Part shown: positions 43,801-57,512 of the stretch, piece by piece
Position numbering within the stretch: position 1 is the first letter of the stretch
Layout of the letters: every line of letters starts with the position of its first letter
Assembly: GCA_964016885.1 (NCBI GenBank)
Contig: OZ024740.1
Location: 258,912,001-258,976,000, forward strand
From: Eledone cirrhosa
Taxonomy: Eukaryota
Reading direction: 5' to 3'
DNA length: 64,000 nt
Position numbers and translations under genes: made by a program
Notes under the pieces: generated by a model
Told to the model about the DNA's origin: nothing
The model's input: only the letters and a program-made list of their open reading frames with translations
Database searches by the model: none

Positions 43801-44618
43801 TTCTTTATTAACCACAAAGGGTCCACACCAAGATAAACATTATGGCAGTACAGGACGAAAATATAGAGTGTGCGTATGTGTATGTGTATGTGTGTGAGCG
43901 GGAGTGTTATCTATGGGACCTGGACCGAAAGTCCTTCCGAAAAGAGTGGCTAGATGATTTTCGTCGATGTCTAGAGTTTCCCTAAGAACGTCGTCGCTTT
44001 TATTTGCCACTAACCCTCTATAGAACACCAAGGGGATGTTTCCACTGATCATATTGTCTGATTGTTGAAGAGCTGTAAGCGCCTGAAGACATTACAGTTT
44101 CCAAGCGCTCTCCTTCGGTTTCCGCTTGACCCAGGACTGTAGTTCCGTTAAGGATACGAGCTGGAGAGACATGCATCTGGTGAACATCGACCACACCTGT
44201 TCATTGTTAAGGAAGAGATAGATATGTCGTAGCCTCAGCGCATGTCTGTATCATTAGCCACGGTATTCCCAGTCCTCTACGCGGGGGTTGTTAACAGCAG
44301 TTGAACCGCCTGACCATCGGAACGCGTCCTTTCCCCAGGAATTGGAAGAGCAAACACTCCAGTGCAGTCAGACTGGGTTTGGGACAAGGCACGACGGTCT
44401 AGTGGTAGTAGATGACGGACACGATGAATGTGTTTGGCACCTCTTCCCTAACTTTAAGGGATAGCTTTCTCTCGGTACATTTCTGGGTGAGTTTGACCAC
44501 TCTGTTGGTCACCTCACCCCAATTTCTGTCCATCTGGAGATCAGGACCAAACCAGACCCCGAGTAATTTAACCGGCCAATCCGTCCAGCGTCCGAAGACA
44601 CTGTTAGACGACGGCAAA
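43801..44618 (-). mobile_element. Tx1/L1-clade LINE 3' fragment
   Basis: VKLLGVWFGPDLQMDRNW, RKLSLKVR and LFGRTFGPGPIDN. 3' end ttgtggttaataaagaaa. Confidence 0.85.
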
Positions 44619-44745
44619 GTTAACCTGAGTTCAAATCCTGCCGAGGTTAACTTTGCCTTTCATCCTTACGGCGTCGATAAAATAAAGTTCCAGTAATACA
44701 CTGGGTTAATTGCTGGCCTTGTGCCTAAAGTAGAAACAATTATTT
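44615..44745 (+). mobile_element. Family A SINE (partial)
   Basis: ctgagttcaaatcctgccgaggttaactttgcctttcatccttacggcgtcgataaaataaag. Confidence 0.8.
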
Positions 44746-45129
44746 CTATCTATTTTCTTACTGAATATCCTGTCTATATACGATCTAGATGACCCGGCGT
44801 CGGTAGCAGAGGATACTTTTGACCGCTTGCATTTTTCAACAGCTGAGGGCAGAAGGCTTGCAAGTGTGTTGTTTCGCCGCAACCGAAACAGTGCGGCCTT
44901 TTGCCCTCAGCCATTACTTGTAGAGCCAGAAATGTACCGAGAGAAAGCTATCCCTTAAAGTTAGGGCAGAGGTGCCAAACACATTCATCGTGTCCGTCAT
45001 CTACTACCACTAGACCGTCGTGCCTTGTCCCAAACCCAGTCTGACTGCATTGGAGCGTTTGCTCTTCCAATTCCTGGGGAAAGGACGCGTTTTGGAGACG
45101 GATCTGCTCCGGGATTTTCTTTATTTCTT

Positions 45130-46180
45130 CAGTTTTGATCTTGTGAACTAACTCTTCATTTTGGATGATTATGAGACCGGCACCGCCATTGGTTGTACCG
45201 TCGCATGTTGATCCATCTGTATACACGCCAATGTCGGCCGGGGGGGAGGGGGTCGATAGATGATCCAGTGCCACTTTTAGTTGTAGTGCTACTGGCATTG
45301 AATTGCTCACCGGGGTAAAGGTAGCAGGGATTGGTGGTGGTATATCCCACGGCGGCTTCTTGTGTGGTAGTTTGGTGTCTGTTGTCGAGGGTATGCCAAG
45401 ACGATCAAGGGCTGGCAGCTGTCTACATCGCCAATCAAGACGGCGGAGTCGGTGCCTTACGTTAGCATTGAGTAATTGGTTTCGATGATCGGAGGTGGGG
45501 AGGTGTGCCCATTCATCCGCTTTCAAGAAGGAGAGAGCATGAAAGCGGCATTCCAACGGTGGAAGTTGTGCTTCAAGTAGGACAGCCTCAGTTGGTGTTG
45601 TGCGAAGATGTCCAGTCATCGCTCGAGCTGCTTCTAGTTGTGCTCTTTCAAGCTTGCCGATGTTAGTGGCTGACAACCAGGGAGCCCAGCCTGAGGAGCC
45701 GTACTCGGCCAGGCTTCGGTGCACTGCGATGTATACTTGACGAAGATCTGCGGTATGCCAGCCCCAGGAGGTACCCCAAGGGTGCGCAGGATGTTGACGC
45801 GTTGTTGAAGATTTTGGCAGATCTTTTTTACATGTTCCCAAAAGGAGAGTGTCCTATCATATGTGACGCCCAAAAAGACGGGATTAGGGTTAAAGGACAG
45901 TCTTACCCCGTCAATAGTAATATTTGGTTGCCACCTCGCTTCTACACTGGATGTTACAAGGAAAGTTGACTCGCATTTTGATGTGTTAAGTGGGAGTTTA
46001 ACTCCTTTACTCCATGCTATCACTTTATCCACTTCCTTTTGTAACCGTTGCGCTATTTCCTCCTTTTTCTTACCACAGCACGCAATAGCAAGATCATCGG
46101 TGTATGCGCTGACATGTGTTGTGTTGTCGAATTGATCGAGTAGACCATTTATGAAGATTGGGAAAAGCATTGGTGAAAGG
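45130..46180 (-). mobile_element. I-group (Ingi/Nimb-like) LINE fragment with RT and RNase H
   Basis: YTDDLAI, PVFLGVTYDRTLSF, WGW...LRQVYIAVHRSLAEYG...WAP, TPTEAVLLEAQLPPL and the RNase H motif VYTDGS...GGAG. One frameshift near 45800. Confidence 0.85.
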
Positions 46181-46539
46181 ACGGAACCTTGCGGTAGCTC
46201 TGTTGGCGATACTATCTAATGTGGTGTTGGTTTTCATATTTGGTGTGGGAGGGGCAGCGTTATTCGCCTCAATGTTTAAACCGCTGTCAGACGAAGTTGG
46301 GGGGCGCGTGGTTCCGCCATTTTTTTTTTTTTTAATTATATTTTAAATGAAGTTCAAAATATTTGGACCAAAAGGCCCAAATATTATACTTTCCCCTTCA
46401 CAGGGCTAAGTCCAAGGACTTATGTCCCTTACACGACAACAAAAATTTACAATAAATGATTTATGACAAGTAAATAAAGAGACTTACGGGAGCGAGCAAA
46501 ACGGCGTCCGATCACACCAATAACCAATAATAATAATGA

Positions 46540-46748
46540 TGATGATTTCTAGTATAGGCACAAGGTCAGTAATTTGGGAGGAGAAGAAAGTCGATTAAAT
46601 CGACTCCAGTACGTTACTGGTGCATTATTTTATCGACCTCGTAAGGATGAAAAGCAAAGTTAACTTCGTCGGGATTTGAACTCAGATCGTACAGGGCTGT
46701 AACCCTATGCTGCAAAGCATGACGTCCGACCCTCTACTGGTACTGCAA
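46540..46748 (-). mobile_element. Family A SINE
   Basis: Full reverse-complement match to family A with a (TAA/TGA) tail. Confidence 0.85.
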
Positions 46749-47149
46749 TAACAATGGCCACAAGGGCCTACATATAGAGTACAGGGAGAGAATAATAATT
46801 ATTATTACAACTCCAACACAACCCACAGCAGCAATGAACACAACTATATTATAATAATTTTACTACTGGCCAATCAAATTAGGTTTAAAAAAATAACATG
46901 AATACTTCCCTCAAGTTAGCAGGTATATTTTCATATCTTTTCTACCAAGATAAAGCTGTAGTGATGGTGATGATGGTAATGAGTTCGATGGTGATGCTGG
47001 TGATAATGATCTCTTTATATAGTAATAACAATAGTAATGGTATCACGACAAAAAATCTGATAGTTGCGCAACCTAATAATCGCTACCTCATATGTTAAGT
47101 CAATTTTTTTTTCTATCTCATTTGAGTGATTGTGTTAAATCAAAAAGGT

Positions 47150-48230
47150 TTGAGAACAATGGGATTAACAGGACTGGAAACCTCGATGGTGAAGGTATGA
47201 TATCCGGCAGCTTTGAAGTACCTGGTCCGATTCCAGCAGGTCGTTATTCAGCTATGGACCAGGAACCACGACGGAGGTGGAGTAAACAAGTAAGTGTTGT
47301 GGTCGAGGAATGTTACTACTTGAGCAATCCTGTAGATGAAAATGAGATCCTTATCAAAGGATACCGACATTGAATGCATAAAACATGTAAAGGAAGAGGC
47401 TTATTTCAACTCATTGTGCAGAGAGGTTATGTGATCTCGCTAGAGCAATAAAAAAAGGTCGCTGGTTGACAGAAGTGGAATTTGAAGCTATCAAAAGACA
47501 GGTATCATGAAACAGTAGGAAAGGGAAACTACAACAGCGGAAAATGGTGAAGAGATTTCTGGTAACCCACAGAAAAAAGGTAGAAATAGTTTGTCTGGTG
47601 AGAGAAATATGGATGGCATGGAAGATAATAACATTAATGAAAACATGACAGGTAAACAGTAGGTAACGTAGGACATAATAAAGGTAAGGTTACAGGAAGA
47701 CAATAGGAATCTGATTTGCAACCTAAAGAAGGCTGACCAGTGTAAGCTGAACGATGAAGCAAGAAGGTGAATGAAGTTCGGAAATACTTCAAAATAAATA
47801 ACATCGCATAAACAAATGACCTGGTAAAGTTAGCAAGCATTGTTGTAGCTGAAAATATGGGTGAAGATGTCATGGCAATGGAAAAACAATAAGAGAGACC
47901 AAAGAAAAGAGCCATGGTAGAAAAGAAGAATACAGGCCAGCATAGATACCCTCTTGAAGGACATTTCTGTCTTAGTCTGAAAAGAGAAGGGGGAGCTTAG
48001 AAATGAAAACAATACAGAGGACTGGAAAGAAAGTATAGTATTGAAAGAAAAGATCTAAAAGTAGTAATGGAGGCACTCAAGCAACAACTCATAGCAAAAA
48101 GAGCAACGATAGCTAGATATAAACAAAGAATAAAGAAATATCAGTAAAATAAACTATTCAGAGTAAGCCAAGAGATTTTACCGAGAAATAAATGGAGAGT
48201 GTACAGATGAAGAGATTATACTGGATAATA
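47150..48230 (+). mobile_element. 5' portion of an R4/Dong-clade LINE
   Basis: RRRWSKQVSVVVEECYYLSNP...GYR, EPW.KRRI and LKQQLIAKRATIARY, parallel to LKQCLITKGAKI at 41360. Confidence 0.72.
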
Positions 48231-48616
48231 GTAGAAGACACATACTCAAAGTGTAAGGCAATGGGACGGAAACCGAAACCACGTGATTGCGAAACGAACT
48301 CATTAACCAAACAGCTATAATTTGCGCCTATTAATATAAATGGATGACGTAAATTCTTCTGAATGTCAAACAGTAAGGGAAATGGAAAAGATAAGAAAAA
48401 ATGAAGCTGAACATAACAAAAATCAGCTTAAAATTAAATATTTAGTCATTTCTATAACTTCGACAACCAAAACTTACATTATGTTATCGAGATAGAATTA
48501 TGGCAAAATAGAAAATAAATAAATAAAACTGTATAGAATTTATAATGGGCAAAGAAATAAAACAGACAAAGAATACATAGATACACACATACAGGCGCAC
48601 ACATATTACACACACA

Positions 48617-48678
<62 letters not shown>

Positions 48679-48688
48679 CGTGTGTATA

Positions 48689-49451
48689 TCTATATATCTA
48701 AAACATAATGTATGTCTGTCTATCTGTCTGTCTGACTCCCTAAAACTCGAGAACCACCCAACTGATTGTTTTCAAACTTTACACATGTAATACTTATGGT
48801 CGTGTGAGTGTTTTTCAAATTTTCAATCGCATTAGGCGATTTAGCGATCTCTTTATAATCCTTAGTCTGTCTTTTTAGATAGGTACGTAGTTACGACGTC
48901 GCGCCCTTATAATATCTGTTTGTATGTCTGGCTGTCTGCATTACGACATTATGTCGCTATCTGTGTGTGTGTATATGTATATATAGTGTGTGTGCATATA
49001 TATATATATATAACGTTTTTCGAAATATTTACTTATGCGTTCACAGATTCATTTTTTTAGTTTCAGAAGATCCCGTTAAGAGTGAAAGCAGCGATTCTTC
49101 GGTTAAACTTTAATCCGTTATTTTAATATATATAATTAATGGAATACTGTTGGCTTCTTGCTACAATAATCTCTATACTTTTCATTTATATATATATATA
49201 TATTTATATATTGTTATATTTCACGAAGCTCGACAGCAGCATAAACAACAACAAAAAAGAGAGGGAACGCAATTACATGCTTTTGAAAAATCTTAATGGA
49301 AAATTATTTGCCTATTCACCCAAGGCGACTTCACTTTTTATTAGGACTTCTGCATCAATTGGTGAACATACTACGAAACTGTTTCAGAAAGGAGGGGTAA
49401 ACATGCTAATCTATGTTTAGAATCCCGAGCAACGCCGGGCCATTTTGCTAG
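48689..49451 (+). mobile_element. Non-autonomous Helitron
   Basis: 5' A|TC start (tctatatatctaaaa) followed by (TGTC)n. Subterminal hairpin CCCGAGCAACGCCGGG at 49424-49439, CTAG|T 3' end, AT target, no TSD. Confidence 0.8.
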
Positions 49452-49551
49452 TACATATATAAATATATAAATAGATAGATAGATATCTGATAGATAGAGA
49501 AACAGGTAGGCAGGTAGGTAGGTTGATAGGTAGATAGAGAGATAGATATGT

Positions 49552-51696
49552 TTCTTTATTAGCCACAGGGGCACAAAAGGATGGGACAAATACAAAGGGG
49601 GAAGTTTACATACAATAAAAACGTGTAAAATATTATCACAAATGCAATTTAAAAATTAGTCGATTTTCCCCAATAGGGGGAGACAGTTCATATGGGTAAC
49701 ACATACCCCCGAAAAAATGTGCAACCCTCATCTCCAGGAGTACGAAGAGTTTGTACTCCTTTCCTCTCCTCCTCCTTTTCCTCAACCTACAGGCTGATAT
49801 AGAGAGAAGGCCCATTCACTCGGGCCATTCTCGCCACTTTCACCCACCTTTCATAAAACTTGCTGGGGTACAGCACCTCTCTCTCCATCCTGATTCTTCT
49901 TCCAAAGTGGTATTTGAAAAAAAGAATCAGTTGTTGGCCGGAGAGAAAGCTGTCTGACCTCAGCCCTTTTAACCTCGTCCACCATACAACCTCTTTCGCC
50001 ATACCTATCACACAAAGTAAAACCGCCTCTCCTTCGTTTTTGAATGAGGGTGGCGGTTTGATCATGACAATGGACTCGGTGGTCAACCGGATTGGTCCCA
50101 CCCGCAAGAATAGTCGTTCTACATAGCCCCACAGGTCGGTGACGCCCGGGCAGTGTATGAATGCGTGCGCGACGGTTTCTTCGTCTCGCACGCACCTCGG
50201 ACAGATCTTTTTTGCAATATCCCTGCTCGGGTGCCCATGTCTGTAGAGCTTGTCTCGAACTGGTAGAGCTCCTCGGTAGCACTGCCAGGCCAGGGACTTT
50301 TGGAAGTTGTCCATCGGTTCCGGGCGAAAGGTCCTATCGAACAGACTGGCCAGTTCGTCCTCCTCTACGCCTAGAGTTTCACCGAGCACGTCGTCGCACT
50401 TGCGGCGGAACACCCTCTATAGAATGACGAAGTGGAGTCTCCACTGATCGCCGGGTCCGCCTGCCAGAGGGCTGTGAGCGCCTGAGCACATTCGATGTGC
50501 CAGTCGCCCATTTTCCTCGGTCTTTGCTTGACCCAGGACTGCAGCTCGGTCAGCGAGACGAGTCGTGGGAAGGCTCGCCTCACGAACGGGGCCCACGCCG
50601 GTTGTCCGGTGAGGAATACGTAGAGATGCCGCAGCCTGAGCGCGTGTTTGCGAATCGTCAGCCACGGCAACCCCAGCCCTCCGTTGGAAGGGCGTTGGCA
50701 GCAGATGGATCTTCTCACCAAAGGAGCCCGCCTCTTCCAAAGGAATTGGAAGAGCGCGCGCTCCATTTTGGCGAGCGTTTTGGCTGGACAAGGCATGACG
50801 GTCAAGCAGTATTAGATGTCGGACGCTATAAAAGTGTTCGTCACCACGCTCGACCTTTCAAGGATAGTTTGCACTCGGCCCACTTCTGGGTGAGTGCAAA
50901 CACCTTGGCCGACACCTCATTCCAGTTGTTCTCCACCTGGAGGTCCGGACCAAACCAGACCCCGAGCAGCTTTACTGGTCCTTCCGTCCAGCGTCCGACG
51001 ACGCCATCAGAAGGCATCGGTTTGCCTCTCCACGATCCGAGTTGCAAACCGATGGACTTGTCCCGGTTCAGCTTCGCTCTTGTGAACCTTTCGTATTCAT
51101 TCAGTAAGGTGCCGACTTCCTCGATTTGCGAGACGTTCGACACCATCACTGTCACGTCGTCGGCGTAGGCCGACGCCGCTTTCCGCAGTCCCGATTCCAG
51201 AGGGATGCCCTGCAATAGCTCCAACTTCCGCAGTAGTGGCTCGAGAGTCAATACGTACAGAAGGAAGGAGAGAGGGCATCCCTGTCTAATGGATCGCGTG
51301 ATATGGAACGGCTCCGAGAGGTAGCCGTTCACCTTAACCCTTGAGCAGATGTTGCTGTTATACATTGCAGCAATCCAGCCCCTGTACACGGGTCCGAAGC
51401 CTGCCGCCTCGAGCACCGCATCCAGGTAACGATGGTCAACCCTATCGAAAGCCTTAGACTGATCCAAGTTGATCAGGGCCCCACCAAAATCTGTAACTCT
51501 GTGTTTAGCAGAGTTATGGACCGGAAGTTGCCTATGTCACCCCCCTTATTCTCGTCCTTCTTGACTAGTGTGACTACGCCCCCGGTCACAGAACTGGGAA
51601 TTCTCCCGTTCTGTTGCCAGTTGCAGTAGACCGCTTCCAGGAGACCGGACAATAAGTCCGGAATTGCTATGTAAAATTCGTAGGGTAGACCGTCGA
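49552..51696 (-). mobile_element. Tx1/L1-clade LINE, 5'-truncated
   Basis: DQSKAFDRVDH, RQGCPLS, YADD, KLLGVWF, GGLGLP and CPRC...HAFIHC. The 3' end with AATAAA abuts a GATA-type repeat. Confidence 0.95.
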
Positions 51697-51975
51697 GGCA
51701 GGTAGGTAGGTTGATAGGTAGATAGAGAGATAGATAGATAGAGAAATAGGTAGGCAGGTAGGTAGGTTGATAGGTAGATAGAGAGATAGATAGATAGAGA
51801 AATAGGTAGGCAGGTAGGTAGGTTGATAGGTAGATAGAGAGATAGAGATATAGAGAAATAGGTAGGCAGGTAGGTAGGTTGATAGGTAGATAGAGAGATA
51901 GAGAGATAGAGAAATAGGTAGGCAGGTAGGTAGGTTGATAGGTAGATAGAGAGATAGATAGATAATAGATAGATA
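51697..51975. repeat. 56-bp minisatellite built from GATA/GGTA units (~4.7 copies)
   Basis: ggtaggttga recurs at 51705, 51761, 51817 and onward. One more unit lies at ~49485-49548. Confidence 0.95.
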
Positions 51976-54900
51976 ACTTTCTATTTATTTGCCACCAGGC
52001 ATCAAAGATTGGGACAAATACAAGAGGGGGAGTTTACATACATTTCAAGGGACGTGTAAAAATACATAACAAATTAAATTCAACAATCGAAGTTCTCAAT
52101 AGGGTCGCGCACACCCCGTAAAAATGTGCAACCCTCCTCCTCAAAAGCACAAAGAGCGGGTGCTCCCTTCCGCTCCTCCTTCCTCTCCTCTCTCACCTAC
52201 AGGCTGATATATAGAGAAGGCCCATTCACTCGGGCCATTCTCGCCACTTTCACCCACCTTTCGGAAAACTGCCTCTCCTTCGTTTTTGAAGGAGGGTGGC
52301 GGTTTGATCGTGACAATGTACTCGATGGTCAACCGGATTGGTCCCACCCGCGACAGTAGTCGTTCCACATAGCCCCACAGGTCAGCAACGCCCGGGCATT
52401 GTACGAATGCGTGCGCGACGGTTTCCTCGTCACGCACGCATCTCGGACAGATCTTCTTCGAGGGGTCCCTACCCGGGCGCCGGTGTCTGTAGAGCTTGTC
52501 CCGATCGAGTAGAGCTCCTCGGTAGCACTGCCAAGCCAGGGACTTTTGGATGTTATCCACCGGTCTCGGGCCAAACGTCCTTCCGAACAGACTGGCTAGC
52601 TCGTCTTCCTCCATGCCCAGAGCCTCTCCGAGAGCGTCGTCGCACTTGCTGCGCACCAACCCTCTATAGCATGTTGAGTTTGAGTCTCCACTGATTGCAG
52701 GATCCGCTTGCCAGAGGGCTGTGAGCGCCTGGGCACATTCAATGTGCTAGTCGCCCACTTATCTTGGTCTTTGCTTGACCCAGGATTGCAGCTCGGTGAG
52801 TGAGACGAGTCTCGGAAAGGCTCGCCTCACAAAAGGAGCCCACACCGGCTGACCGGTGAGGAATACCTGCAGGTGCCGTAGCTTTAATGCGTATCTACGC
52901 ATCGTCAGCCACGGCATCCCCAGCCCTCCATTCGAAGGGTGTTCACAGCAGATGGATCTTCTCACCAAAGGGGCCCGCTTCTTCCAAAGGAATCGGAAGA
53001 GCGCGCGCTTCATTTTGGCAAGCGTTTTCGCTGGGCAAGGCACGACGGTCAAGCGGTACTAGATGACGGACGCTATGTAAGTGTTCTCCACCTCCGCTCG
53101 ACCTTTCGGGGATAGTTTGCACTCGGCCTACTTCTGGGCGAGTGCACACACCCTGCCCGTTACCTCATCCCAGTTTTTCTCCACCTGGAGATCCGGTCCG
53201 AACCAGACCCCGAGCAGCTTCACCGGTCCCTCTGTCCAGCATCGGTTTGGCATCGGTCGGAGGGCATCGGTTTGCCTCTCCACGTTCCGAGTTGCAAACC
53301 GACGGACTTGTCCCGGTTCAGCTTGGCTCCTGTAAACCTTTCGTATTCCTCCAGTAAAGTGCCGATCTGCCCGATTTCCGAGGCGCACGTCACCATTTCT
53401 GTCACGTCATCGGCGTAGGCCGACACCGCTTTCCGCCATCCCGGTTCCAGAGGGATACCCTGCAACAGCTCCAACTTCCGCAGTAGTGACTCGAGAGCCA
53501 GCACATACAAAAGGGAGGAGAAAGAGTATCCCTGTCGGATGGATCGCGCGATTTGGAACGGCTCCAGAGGTAGCGGTTCACCTTGACCCTCGAGCAGGTG
53601 TTGCTGCTGTGCATTGCAGCAATCCAGCCCCAGAAAACGCGCGAGCACCGCATCCAGGTACCGATGGTCGACCCTATCGAACGTCTTAGATTGATCCAAG
53701 TTGGTCAGGGCCCCACCAAAGCCGGGTTCGTTTTCTACCTCTCTACGATGTATCGCATGAGGTGGAGGTTGTCGTGTATGGAACTGGACGGGATTGCGCA
53801 TGTCTGTGCTTCTCCCACCAGGTTCCCGACGACAAGCGCCAACCTCTTCGCTAACACCTTGGCCAAAATCTTTAACTCCGTGTTTAGCAGAGTTATGGGC
53901 CTGAAGTTATCTATGTCATCCCCCTTGTTCTCGTCCTTCCTCACTAGCGTGGTCACAGAACTGGGAATTCTCCTGTTCTGTTGCCAGTTGCAGTAGACCG
54001 CCTCGAGGAGATCGGAGAACAAGTCCGGCATCACTACATAAAGTTCGTATGGTAGACCATCGAGACCGGGAGATTTGCTTTTGCCGCATAGGCTCAGCGC
54101 TTCCCCTATTTCAGCGGCTGAAATCGGCCTTTCGCAGGACTTAGCCTCCCCGTCCGAGAGCCGCGGCAGACCGTCGAGGTATGGACCGAAATCCATGGCC
54201 TCACCCGGCCCGCCGCCCCTCCCGAACAGTCGTGCAAAGCGCCGTTGAAAGGCCGCGCACATCCGCTCAGGTTCAAGGATCACGCGTCCATCTTTGTCCT
54301 TCAAAGACCGAATCATGGACTTGTTTCCACTTTTTGCCTCTGTCACTCGGGGCCAGCTAACAGCTTTGGCTCCTCGTTACCCAAAGCGCGTATTTTACTC
54401 GTGACAACACAGCACTCGTGCTTCGCGTCAAAGAACTGGTCTAGGGCCGTTCTTGACGCCAGCACGCCGGCCACGTTTCCCCTCCTAATCGCCTCTTCTA
54501 CTCTATCTATCAATTCCCTTTCAGTTCTATTCCTATCTGATGCTAATTCCTGACTAAAACCTATCGATTCTATTCTAATTTCTCTCTTGAGAGAGCCCCA
54601 CTACCTGCTGTTGACAATTGCCCCCGTCAACCGCTGCTTAACTAGATAACTAATCCGCTTACTGTAAGCTTTGTTTGTCGGTAAGGACAAGTTTAGCTTC
54701 CAGTAACCGGGTCCTTGTCTATGGGTTCTATCGAGGTTGACCACTCCGGTCACCAACTTGTGATCCGAATAGTCAACCATGAACATTCGTGGACAGCTTA
54801 ATATGTCCCTATCCTTATTTCTAACTAGGAACCTATCTAGGTACGACCTAGATGTTCCGCTGAGATTAGTGCACGTCCACAGTGGCGCAGTCGGAATATC

Positions 54901-57512
54901 TAGTCGATATCTATCGGCCAGATCAAATCGGCCGATTAACCGTTTGAGGCTGTTACACCCCCCTCTATCGGGACATGCCCTACATAGTCCCAACGTGCAT
55001 CCAGGATACCATTCCAGTCCCCCACTAAAAGCAAGGAGCGAGACGTTCCCAGAAAAGTTTCTAGGCGTTGGAAGAAGTCCGGTCGCGATGTCCCAGATGG
55101 GGCATACGCTGCCACCAGCCTGAAGGCTCCACCTTCACTACTGCCTACGTCTAGAACCACCAGTCGACCCTCCGGGTCCAAGTGTACCTTCCGTGTTGCG
55201 AGGCCCAGGTGTTTTCGCAGCAGAACGACCACCCCGCCCCCACCCCCCGGCTTACAGAGAGATGCATAGATCTCAAAGTCGTCGAAGATGGGGGCCAGTT
55301 GGTGCTCGCTGCTGATCCTGGACTTGCAAATAGCTATCACATCCATTCTGTGCGAGCTGAGGTCATTTAAGAGTTTGCCCTGCTTCCAGGACAACCCCAG
55401 GCCGCGCACATTTAAACATCCAACTCTTATAACAGCTATGTTGGTGGTGAAGAGTTTACAGTGGAGAAAAAGGAAAAGACACCTACCTGTCCTTCTCCTG
55501 TGGACCAGGCTGCACAATTTCCATGGGGGTGTCGGCGGGGTTGTTTTGTGGGGGGAGGGCATCAGTGTGTGGTGGGGTGGGGTGTTTTGTGGGGGAGGGA
55601 TGTCTGGGGTGGTGGTTGGGAAACATTTAAGAGGACGCGGTTGCTAGGTCTAGTACAGGAGTTCCCCACGTCCTCGGGAAAGTTCTGTTTGAGCATTGCG
55701 TAGGTGCCCCTTGGGACCCTAATCATTTTTAAATGCGGTTTAGTCGCCGCGTTGGTGAACATTTTCCCTTCGGTTTCCACCGAAGGGTCTTTGTCTATTG
55801 TTTGCACAAGTGTTTTTTTGTTTGTGTTGATATATGTATACTGTTTTTGTTGTGTTGTGTTTGTTTTTGTTTGTTGTTCTTGTGTGTGTTTGCGTTTTGT
55901 AGTATGTGTTATGTTTTCGGGAGGGGTGGGTTTTTTGTTTGTTTGTGATGTTTGTTCTGTTTGTGCTGGTGGTTGTGTGTTTGTTGCATTTTTGTTAATG
56001 TGGTGCCTTCTTTTCTTTCTTTTTACAGGTTGAAAAGGTTCTCCCTCGTCGTCACTGGGTGACGTTGATAAGGGGTCTTCGTCCGTGTTGTTGGGGAGGG
56101 GTATACTTTGGGGTTTTGTTGTGGTTGCTTTTGTACTTGTTTTAGGTGAGGAGGGGTTGGGTAGGACAGTGTTTTGTGTTGTTATTTTTTCGTGTTGTTG
56201 TTGTTGTGGTGGTGGTGGTGGTTGTGTTGTTGTGTGTGAGGTGGGCAGAAGCGTCTTTTTTTGGGGGGGGGGCATTTAAAAGGGGACAGGAAGCCCTCAG
56301 GTGACCACTTCTTGAACAGTGGTAGCATGAAGGCCGCCTGCCCTCAACAGAAATGTTTATGAAGGCGACTCCATCCAGGGACACACGCTGCGGTATTCTT
56401 GCTATCTGTTCTGGTCTCATTTGGACCAGAACTTCAAGGCTATTGCCGCCGAATACGCCCCCCCCCCCCGGATTCGCCTATCGAAAGGATTGTGTCCTCA
56501 TCTTCTAAGAATTCCGTTAGCACCCACCAAATGAGAGCATTTGGCCTGATGCCCGAGATTCTTATCTTTTGAGTTCTTTTCCCCAAATATGTGGGGAAAA
56601 AGGTGTATGCTTTGGATACATTTGGCGACACAGAATATTTCCGTGCCGCCAATTCATCTTGCATTAAAACAGATATGCTTCCATACAGTTTCCCTTTCTG
56701 TATGAAAGCGATATCCTTCCAGGCACTATTTAGGACCAGGTAAATTTCGCTTTGGGACAATTGAGCCGGTTTCCTAGTCGTGTTCGAAACTGTCCTAAAG
56801 ATTACAGTCCTGATGACTGTGTCCCTTCTAATTTCTTCGGGGGAGGTAATTGTGAATTCCCCACCTTCCCCGAAATTTACACAATTCCTTGCTTTTATCA
56901 GCAATTTCTTGGCATTCGAGATGTCCAGTGCCTTCTATGTCTGCGTTTCTCGAACCGCCTGTGCGAAGGAGACTGCAGCTATGGGTCCATTTTCTTTCGT
57001 GTTGTTATCATTGTTGTTGTTATTATTCGTGTTGGTTTGCTTTTTTCCTTTGTTGGTGTTGTCATTATTGCTGTTGTTGGTTGTGTTGTTATTGTCATTG
57101 TTGTTGTTGTTGGTTGTGTTGTTATTGTCATTGTTCTTGTTTGTGTAATTATTACTTTTGGGGTTTTCACCCATTTCCACATTTTTTTCTTTTGATTCCG
57201 TGCTGTCTTTTGCGGGAGTGAGAAGGGAAGGCTTACAGCGTTGTGCTGCTACCTTCTCTCTATCACTTTCCTTGGGGGGATTGGCATGCGTCGTCTTAAT
57301 TGCGTCCATTGTCACTAAACGACTTTTTATCGATAACTTATAACTATTAAATTTCGCCCCAAAAAGGGGCGAAATTTATTTTACCCAACGTCTGCAGGCC
57401 CAGGCGAGGGGTTAAACACAACAAATAACAAATTACTTAAACAGACCTACCGCTTCTCGTAATAAATTCCGACAAAATGCAGGAGCAAAACAAAAACACG
57501 TCTATCTTCTCC
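51976..57512 (-). mobile_element. Near full-length Tx1/L1-clade LINE (~5.5 kb), inactivated by stops and frameshifts
   Basis: 5' UTR, then ORF1 (~57315-55562) with zinc knuckle CYHCSRSGHLRASC. ORF2 has an APE endonuclease (LNVRGL, AYAPS, VGDWN, SYLDRF, YSDHK, GYWKLN), RT (SPGLDGLPYE, FRPITLLN, DQSKTFDRVDH, YADD) and CPRC...HAFVQC. (GATA)n on both flanks. Confidence 0.96.
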
